DNA of 64,000 nt from Diadema antillarum (taxonomy: Eukaryota): assembly GCF_040938485.1 (NCBI RefSeq), contig NW_027271014.1, forward strand, positions 2,294,001 through 2,358,000, read 5' to 3'. A model generated the notes under the pieces. That model ran no database searches. It saw nothing but the letters and a program-made list of their open reading frames with translations, and was not told the origin of the DNA. Positions 46,381-56,900 of the stretch are shown piece after piece. The position numbers were made by a program, and so were the translations under genes. The stretch's first letter is position 1; every line of letters begins with the position of its first letter.

Positions 46381-46688
46381 TCCAGTTGCATGGAACACAA
46401 CGTGAACACAACGTGAACACATTGTGAACACACTGTGAAATCTCTTCATACTGTTAAAGTCGAGCGTTTTAACAGTGTAAACACATGTCACGGTCAGTCA
46501 TCAATTCACAGCGTGACACAGAATATTACCATATGAACACTTTGTGAAAACCACACCACAGTGCGAAATCAGCTCTATATGTACTGTTATATATATCTAC
46601 TATATATTCGAGCGTTTTCACATAGGCCTAGTCGACTATGTGACCACATTGTGACCACACTATGAGACACTGTGTTCTATCCAGTAGG
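46381..46688. repeat. Probable MITE with 11-bp GTGAACACAAC-type subrepeats
   Basis: Tandem 11-mers near both ends; right end GTTCTATCCAGTAGGG, left end degraded. Confidence 0.4.
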
Positions 46689-47618
46689 GTTTTATGACGT
46701 TATTATCCAGTACTTCTGCATAAACTGCGAGGACTATAGGAGAACGAGATGGACGACCCTATAACATCTGATATTGTGGTGGTTAAAAGAAGAGTAAATT
46801 TGTGCATGGAAACATGAAGGATTTTTTTTTTCCTGATAAAAATATATAAAGATAAGTATCCTTGCATTGGTATGGGCCGACTTGTATCATATTTTTGTGT
46901 TTTTGTTTTAATTGTCTTCTGGTGATCAGGGTAGGAGGCCTTGTGTACATGATCAGTTTAAATAAGGTATTCAAGTCTAATTTAAGCGCCCGATGATTTT
47001 ATCGCGTGTAATATTATTCCTTTTCAGAAATACAAGTATTACTACAACTATCATCACTATAATAGTATCATCATTATCATTGTCGCATACATTTGGTACT
47101 TTAAAAAAATGAACTAATCAAATCTTAGTACTGGGTGATAATCTGCTTGTTCTCCAGCCTTACCTACAAAAATTCAAATTCTACATACCCACACTTGAAG
47201 ACACAACAATGCCATTATACAAAAGAAACTATTGGCATTCTTCAGTTGAAAGAACCCTTGTCCTGACACGCTTCATTTCCTTTATTTAAAGGGTATTGGT
47301 GCCATTCTGTATCATGTTTTATATACGCCATAACTAATAGCTATCACATTATGCTCGAGAAGATGCAAAATCACAAGCAGCGTATCAAAATAACTGATTA
47401 GATAGCTTGTTATACGAAAGTATCAGACCAAGCGTTGATTGTTATAGCACACATGGTCATTTAATTTCATTAAAACAATGTTGACACTTATACTATTTTC
47501 TCTCTCTCCGAAATGACTGTCACGAAGTACGAATCTAATGAGTCATTGAAGTGCGTCCATCCTCTCCTGAATTCCATTTCCTTTCTCGTCTTGACTTCGA
47601 CATTGGATATCCGACAAA

Positions 47619-47666
47619 ATGGCACAAGAACTAACGGAAATGACATCAATTCAGGCTCTTGAGACG
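47619..47666 (+). CDS. ZU5-DD gene exon 1
   Basis: caaaATGG context, MAQELTEMTSIQALET /gtaaat, phase 0 matches the acceptor before 48499. Confidence 0.65.
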
Positions 47667-47929
47667 GTAATAATTGAAGTTCGAAAAGAGCTTTCATGTT
47701 CTTGATTTTTAAAGATTAAACATATTCTGAAATTTAAAAGCTGATACCTAAACAGAAATGCTGTTTCTGCTTCTCTGCTCATAACTTTTTTAGTATGTTA
47801 GCTCTTTGTCTGCAATCCACAATGAAATTATGACAGATTCCAAAGTTATGTGCATGTTTATACTGTTGATGGGTGTGTAAGCACTAATGTATATGTGTAC
47901 CCCAGTAGTGCAGTTTATACCTGTGTGTG

Positions 47930-47965
<36 letters not shown>

Positions 47966-50900
47966 GTGTGTTGTGTGTGTGGAGGACAGGGATACACGGA
48001 TACACTTACTGAAATACCGTGTCTTTGCGTTAGTTCCATTTGGTAAAGGTGTCTTTACACTTCTCATGAATCAATGTGAGCTTCTGAATTCGTTTATATG
48101 AATTGTGTAATTCCTAGAACATGCAAACAAAAGAAAATGATGAAAAATAATCAAAATATAGAATGAAGGCTTATCAACTCACCGCATCATTCTTATGTTA
48201 TCAGAGAATAAATGATAAATGCAATAAAGAACATGATTACTTTATTCTGCATGGAAAATAATGTTACAGTCAAATGATCACATTATGCGACCAAAATACG
48301 CTGCAGGCATGATGACATTATAGAAGATAAATTCTTCGACATGACAAAAAACTATACGAATGCATTAACGAGAGAGGTGTAGCATTGTTTGAAAACACGA
48401 TTGGAGTCTGAAGTATTCAGATGATGAATAACGCTCATTTTACAAACTGATAATGTCAATATTAAACTGTTCAACGTCAACGCTTCCTTCCATCACAGTC
48501 TTCGCTGCCGTTGGGCATCATACAACGCTTGGAAGATTTGGAGGACCGTCACCAGAAAATCATCCAGAATGCAAAATCTCAGCATCGTGCGTTCATAAGC
48601 AAGATAAGAAAGGAACATGCTGCCTTGATGAAGTATGACGTAGAGACATTGGTGGACGTCATCACCTCCAGCCTTCCGCACAGGGAAGACAGCGATCTGC
48701 AGGTCTTACGGGACAAAATGCGGCAGGACGGTGAAAACCTGCACTGGATGCTGCATGAAATTAAATGGTCTACCACAGCAGGTCCTACTAGTCCGCCAAG
48801 TGAGGAAGTTTCGCGAATTATGGATAACCTCCTTCACCTCGAGCAAGAGACCATCGAGGCGCTGATAAATAATCATTACGAAGTCATGAAAACAGAGCTA
48901 GGAAACGGAAAAGCCATCAGACACAAAATCATCCAAGGAAAAAAATCAGGAGTCGTTGAGACAGTGCCCGCCATGTCGAGATGGCGTATTTATCAGTGGG
49001 AGCTGTCTGTTCTTACGCGGCTGCTTGACGATCATCTGAAGTACCAGAAGGCCGAAGAAGCATGTGTAAAAACAATGAACACATTTCTACACATGCAATA
49101 CCATGCGCTCCAAAAGGACAGACGCCTTGCAGAAGTCGACTTAAAGCTGTACGATACATGCCTGAGAAGCCATTACGAGGTCATGCTACAGGTAATGACT
49201 TCACTAAACGACGTGTTTCAAGATTGCAGGAAAGGCCTTGACATGCCACCAATTTACTGGCGCCAGAAAGATTCTCCACTCAACGTCATGAGAGATATTC
49301 TTTGCTTAGGAAAGAGAGCACGAGAATACGTAATGAGGGCTGAGAGTGAGCATCGCGACGTCGTCATCAACTTCGATGCCAAGAACAAAGCTGTCGTGCA
49401 AGGTGAGCTGTTTCCGGAGAGCGCAAGTTACCGTAAAAAGTGGGACGACGTCCATTACGCTGAGCGGGAGGAGCAGTACCTGAAGGAGATGAAGAAACTC
49501 TCAAGAGACACGGAAAGGAATGTTCAGATGCTTTCCGAGAAGATTGCCGCAGAAAGGGCAAGTCCTCAAGGAGTACGTATGTATGATATAGGCCTATGTG
49601 CAAAGTTCTTTAATCAGATAATAACATAAGGTTCGTTATCAGGAAAATTCGTTATGCTGAAACATACAAATTACATATACCTAAGTGTTTGTAGCCCCAA
49701 AATGAAAAAAGGGGTTCTTTAATCCAAGTATTTGTAGCGTTATTCCGGAGGTTTCTCAATCTGAAAATGATACAAAAAAAAAGAAGAATCCGGAATTACA
49801 AACCCTATTAACGAACCTCTGGAATAACAATGTTTATTCTTTCATTTTTGGGATTAACGAATATTCAGACTTACTAACTGACGTTATTTCTGTTTCGGAT
49901 TTACGAACCTTCGGAATAACGAACTGTAACCTTCCTTACATTATCATCATAATTATGTAAAGGTTGTCAGTGGTAAACGAGATTTATCGGTGGTAGGGTA
50001 TTGATCACCTGTTCAATACCGATTGAGTATTCTCTCTGCATGACAAAGGCAACCAACAATTCAAAGAGAATTATGCCTAAATGTATAGGAAGACTCAGTT
50101 ATTGAAGCAACATTAGCATACATTCGTGAACTTTGAGGTAAATGCCAATTATTCGTTTAAAAGTTACAAATCTGCAGTGTTTTGGTGGTGCCATCGCTTG
50201 GTAAAAAGTCAGCAGTTCATGACGTCACTACAAGACAGTAAAACAAACAATATAGTCATAAAGAGAATTCTCTTTCACAAAATGTCATTTTGTTTTGAAA
50301 GATAAACGTTCCCCCGTCTTGCTATTGATAAGTGTTAGGGCAATAATCCTACTGCTTTCTTAAAGTGGTTGGTCAAGTGCTATTCCATTACGCCAGAAAA
50401 AAAAAAGAATATTGTTGTTTTGTATTGATAAAAAAAAAACTTTTTAAAAATTGTCACATATTCTTTACATATCTATTCGTTGAATTCGTGCACATTGGCA
50501 TCATCCCCCTCAATTATGTCAAGTCAAGAACAAATCCGCACATGTTGCCTGACATATAGGAGCAGAATATACAAATTCGTTTATTGCATGGTTCATTACT
50601 CCAGGTAAAGTAATCCCACTCCAATTTTGCACTCACAATTTCAAAACAACTGTGTGTTTTGTTTGTTTGTTTGTTTTGTTTTGTTTTTGTTTTTTTTTTG
50701 GGGGGGGGGGGAGGGAGGGCACAATGTTTTGAAGCTTCCGATCAATGTCTCCAGTGAAGTGAGCTTAGTCGTTTTGAGCTCACATAAACAAGCAACCCCA
50801 AATAGATAAACAAACAAATATAAAGACAACAAAACCAAGCAAGGATATAATTCACCAAACGCAAACGTGGATATGATTTTGCGTGGTTGTGCTCATGAAA

Positions 50901-53900
50901 ATAAATTTTGACGAGGATTGCTGTACAATTATTGTTTAAAGTGTGTACTTAGCAGTTCATGTGTTCTGAATTGACCTAAAGGATACCAAAGACTTGTACA
51001 TGAAACTAAGATACAGCATTTGTTCTGGTTTCACACCTCAGGTATCACGTGGATATGGCGGCAGCGACATAGCGGAGCTCTCTCTCGAAGACGGGCCGCT
51101 CGCTGACATCCTGGCCGAAGAATGTGAGAAATTTCCCGATCGCGTAGAGTTCGAAGTTGATATTCACGATCGCGATATCTCGTTGGACTGTCTCAACCAT
51201 GCTGTCGTTGCAAAGCAGCTTCCAGCTCTAAAGATCTTAAGTCTGAAGACAAACGCAGATCTCATGAGACTCGGAGATCTGATCGCCGCCCTCTCTATCC
51301 TTTGCCCCGGGATGACAGAGCTGAATATCGAAGCGAGTAAGATTAAGACACGGTACTCTCAAGCATTGCAGCTGCATGCTCTTTTTGGGCAGTCCTCATT
51401 GATGAATCTTCGCCTCAGTACCGAGTCTTTTCTCGACTACGTACACCTAATGAAGTTGATAGCATTTGTGTTGCCTACACTGTAAAAAATTTGTTTAGTT
51501 TCTAAACACCTAACTAAACACTTTTCTGTGACAGTTTAAAAACACTGCGACGTGTTTATATATTAAACATGTTTATGAACTAAACACATGCTGTGTTTAT
51601 TTTCAGCACACCCTAGGTGTTTATCACACACACATGTTTATGTTTTAAACGGTTCTGATGTTTAAAAACTAAACACCTGCTGTGTTTATAGCCTAAACAC
51701 CAAACGTTTACACCGTAATCACTCACAGTGTTTAAATACTAAACACCGCACAGTCACATAATCACCCACAATGTTTAAGATCTAAACACTGAACCAAAAA
51801 ATAAACATGACGCACTGTTTACGATGTAAACACTGCGACATGTTTATTCGCTGTGACAGATTAAAAACACTGCGACATGTTTATTTGCCATTCTAGTGTT
51901 TATTTTCAGAACACATGTCTGATTTTTAGATCGATCACAAAATTGCATACACTAAACATGTGACATGTTTACATATTAAACATCGCAATTTCTCAGTGTT
52001 TATATGATACATGTTTACACCTTATACATGCCGAGTGTTTATATGAGACATGTTTACACATCATACATGGTAATTTCCACGTGTTTATATGAGACATGTT
52101 TACACATCATACATTCATACATGCTAATTTCTACGTGTTTAAATGAGACATATCATCATGCATGTTAATTTCCATGTATTTATTAATGTAAAGTGGATTG
52201 TTTCCACTTTTTTTTGCATGGAATAAGATAAACGCATAACATTATATAGAATTTACCCAGTATGTACCAAATCATTAGCACACTTACATCGCATAATACC
52301 AGGGAAGACCTGGGTTAGCTTTCACAAACATTTTGGCTACAAGAGTTAAAGGCAATTCTCTGAATGCAAGTTATCAAAACATCAGTCAAAGCTTGGGCAA
52401 TATCTGATGAATAATATAAGTTAAAATCCTTTAAAGGGGAAATCGAGTCCAATAAACAAGTCTGATAAAAAAGAGTAAAACCTTACCAGTTTAACAGTAA
52501 AAATTTGAATGAAATTGGATGAAAAATAAGGAAGTTATCAAATGAAGATTTGCTAATTTCTGCCAAGCAGTTAAAAGTGGATATGAATATGCAAATGAGT
52601 GTGTTGACCATGCCATAACCTCACAATTTTCCATTGATCGCGTACCCCCCAAAAAACGATGAAATTCAATGTTTATGTTAATGAAATGTGAAACATTATG
52701 GTATTGCTGGTTGAATAACTTCAGAAAATTGATCAATTAGATATATCAGGACTTGAGCCTCGGGAATAATTGCGTTTGAATGAAAAACTTGAAATTAAGT
52801 AAGTTGTGAGGGAATGACATACCCACGTTGCCATTTGCATATTCATATCAACTATTCAAGAATTGTTTCCTCAAAAATTAGCGAAACTTCAAAATGTCAT
52901 AACTTCCTTATTTTACATCCGATTTCGATCAAAATTTTACCAATGAACTCTTAATATTTTATTTTTTCTTATCAGACTAACTTGTATTTGGACTGGATTT
53001 CCCCTTTAAATATTGCCATGTTATTGCTATACGACACAATACTGAGTTAAATGCAAGATACCTGGGAGTCACTGGCCTGTACGAAGACGTAAATGGAATT
53101 CTCTCCTATACACACAGTAAAGTTTGTATTTGCAGGAAATGACACATAACTCATTTTGGAGAAAAAAAAATATTGCATTTAACAATTACTTTTCAGTCAC
53201 ATGTAATTCTTAGCCTACTTTCAAGAATTGCCGTCTTTCTACTGTATTCAGAACTAATTCTTAGTATTGTAAAACAAACGAATAAACTTGTTGATTGTGA
53301 ATTGCAACTCAACGCTTCGGAAGCTTGACATGTATGTAACACCTCCAGGAACATAACTGCAGTCTGTGAACAAATCGATGTCGACCTTGAAGATTGCATC
53401 AATTATTGACAAAGTGCTTTGGGGTGTACCCGAACCAAATTAGGCTCACGGCAAATTATACAATGCACAACACTATGGTCGTATTGGTACTGATCAGGGA
53501 GTGTAGATGATGCACTCATCATAAAGAGACCCCCCCCCCCCCCACCAAAAAAATAAAATAAAAAAAATATAAAAAAAATAAATAAAAAATGTTTTCACTG
53601 TATTTAGCCTGTGGTGAACATCTGCACTCCCTGATCAGTACCAATAATGGAATTTAAATACATACATGATATTGTTCTTTTCACTGCGACGTCCACTGAA
53701 AGTACATGTAGGCTAACAGTACTGTATTGATTTTTCACTTTTGCTATTTCGGGAGAAATCTTAGAATGTTAGTGGTTTTCAAAAGGTGAGTGAGAAAAAA
53801 CTTCTACCTTGCTAGAACCTTGGAGAAAGAAGTCAAACTCAATGGGTATACATGAATAGTCTATTAGAGTCTAATCAGTCTCATCATACTCCACATAATC

Positions 53901-56900
53901 ATGGTATGGAGGGCTACTTTCAATCTCGACACAGCAGAATTTTTGGTAAAGACAAGAGGATATGAACAAAGAAAAAATAATGCATTGCAACTGGAGGGGG
54001 GAGGGTATGCAAGGCTGTCATGAACACGCGATGTGATCAGCAAGACTCCTCCCTTGTCAATTTGTCAGTCAGTTGCAAGACTCCTCCCTATTCTCCATGC
54101 ATGTTGTACTACATTTCTGATACCTCTCTCCATGTGACAGATTTCAAGAATATCTCAGAAAGAAACTATTAACTACCGAATGCTGCATTTCCTATCAGGT
54201 CTACAGGAAAATTGCAAAGAATTCCAAACAAATGCAACTACTGGCCTCTTATTTGCGTCCAATATCTGCTGATTGTATTTGAAGCACCTGAGGGAAAAAA
54301 AAGAAATGGCTGATATTTTGATTTGATTTGTTTTGATTTCTATATTCCTTTTTGCACAAGAATATAACAGAAAGCCAATCGAACAAAGTTCTTGAGTAAT
54401 ATATTAACAGTGAATTACAAGGATATTGGTTGATGAATAAAATGAAGTGAATAAAACTGTTTTTCTTAGTAGTGCAAAACGATTTCGAGCAAGTGTCTTT
54501 ACATAATAGATAACATTACAATTTTACGTACCAGCTGTTAAAATAAGACAATTACACATATCTATCAGCAATAAGAATACAGGTGACCATTATCGTAAGC
54601 ACAGAGGACAATAGAATCGCTTTGTTTTGGATATCCCTGCCATTTCAAAACCAATTTTCATCAAATAAGCATTGAATTCCTCTTCGAATTATATAGGCCC
54701 CCTACCTTCATATTTCTTTAGAGGTTCGTCATTATGTAATACACGCATACACGCACACGGAGAACTGAAGCCCCAGCACATTCAAACCCCTATCAACCCC
54801 CATATGATTTACTTTATTCTAGTATACAGGTTTAGATGCACACTGTCAGTGAAGAAAAAAAAAAACAATAAGAAGGTTGCTCTAACAGGTGGGATGCCTC
54901 CTAATAGGTCTGTAGTGCATCATGACGATGTGAGACATCACATGGCTAGCGGGAAAAAGATTGTTAACATTCAAAATCATTATCCATGGTTCATTTCCTT
55001 CATATGGCATGTAGGCCTATAGATATACTGTATATCAGTATATCTTGCGATGTCCTTGTAATCCTCAGATGTTTGCACTTTTAGACGGGTTGTATAGAAG
55101 TAAGCGCATGCATCTTTCATTCTAATCCAGACAGGTTTGGCGTGATCCCCGATCAATTCTTCCATGACGTACTGGTGCTGGTAAAAAGAAATGATTACAC
55201 AAGGAAAACAAATCAGTTGGCTTTGCAATACAATGGACTTAACTGCTCCCATAGATTCTGAAAATGAATGGATAGCAAAAAGTTGACTGAATCCATAAGC
55301 AAGTTCAAATTAAAAGGAATGACAGAATCCCTTCATCACATTAGCACATAGTGTCTTGCGTCAGTTTTTACTTACTCTGCTGAATTTTCTGGAAATAATT
55401 CAAGTCTTTTTGTTGTTGTTTCTTCTTTCTTATTCATCATCATTATCAAGCAGAGTTACGACCATACTGTATCCTTTGTCTCTTGGGTGAAGATTTTCAC
55501 ATCTGTAACTTACACTTTCAACAATATTTGCAATAAATAAAATTTCCATGTCTATTTTAGCTAATGGATTGAATTCGGGAGTCGGGAGTAGGTAATCCCC
55601 CCCCCCCCCCCTTAAAAAAAAAACACACACACACAAACAAAAGAAGTTAAAGCATCTAAAATCTGCATTTTATAGAAACTCATTTACATACTCTTTAAGT
55701 ACATAATATTCATTGATTTGGCCCTGCAATTTTGAGTACTGACTTACTTGATTTCCAATTTCCACATGGGCAGTATACAGTGATGTACTATCCCCAGTCG
55801 ATTTACTCTGCTGACTACACCATGCCTCGTTCTCTGCCAGCAGAGGTAATGTCTTGCAGGATTCATACAGTAAACGTCAGGACATCATCGTCACCCACTT
55901 TGGTGCCATCGCCATCCCCTTCCAAGACATCCTAATGGGCTTTACATTCAATTTTCACCACCTGTTGAGTGAAGAATTTACAGGGAATAAAACTGAATTT
56001 CACTCAAAATATAGTCACTAACCCATCGTCATTCACATGAAAGATACTTCATAACTTCGTAAAATTAAAGATACAGTGAGTTTACCCGCTGGGCCGAGTT
56101 TACCCATAACTACGGTACCGGTAATTTGCAGAGTGTAGGCCTAGATATTGTAACGTTAACAACACTAACACGTTACAGGTAGAGCGTTCCCCGTTCTAAC
56201 GTAACTTAGTCGTTAGATTTAGAAATAGAAAACTAAAACAAACGAGCAAAATCTTTAAGGGCGTAGCTTATTTCCACGCCTACAACAGTTTTACATTAAA
56301 CGAGGGCGATTTTGCAATAAATCTTGTTATTCACCGACTTAGCTGACTTAGCAGACTCACCGCTTTCATGCAGGCCGGCCAGGCTAGAACTTTATCCCTT
56401 CGACGCCATCTTAGCTAGATCCGCTCCTTTATGCAGTGCGGCATGCAGTCAGCAGTGCAGTCAATCGAGTCGTAAGTGCAGTGTGTGGACGACCAAGCCT
56501 AGAACGAATGCGCACGTACTGTAGGCCTACGCACATCACGCTGCTGGGGCATGCAATCGCAGCACCAGCCAGCCATTCAGACAGATCCATCCGTACAGGT
56601 ACGTACGCGCGTGCACATCTCCTTTCCCGCCAATTGTGCATTGATTATGGTCATAATCATGCATAGCACGAGTGGGCGCTAGAAGCGCACGCACAGGGCA
56701 CCACTGCGTGCGTTGTGGCCGCGGCCGTCATGTCACAATACATGCGCTGCTGACTTGTAGAGTACGAGTATAAGTGTTTATGTTAAACATGTGCGGTGTT
56801 TAGAACGTGTTTACGAGGCGTTCTAAATGTAAACGCGTCTGTTTAATCCTGACAGTAGAAGTGTTTAGGCCTAACCAACAAACATTTGGGTTATGCCCTA

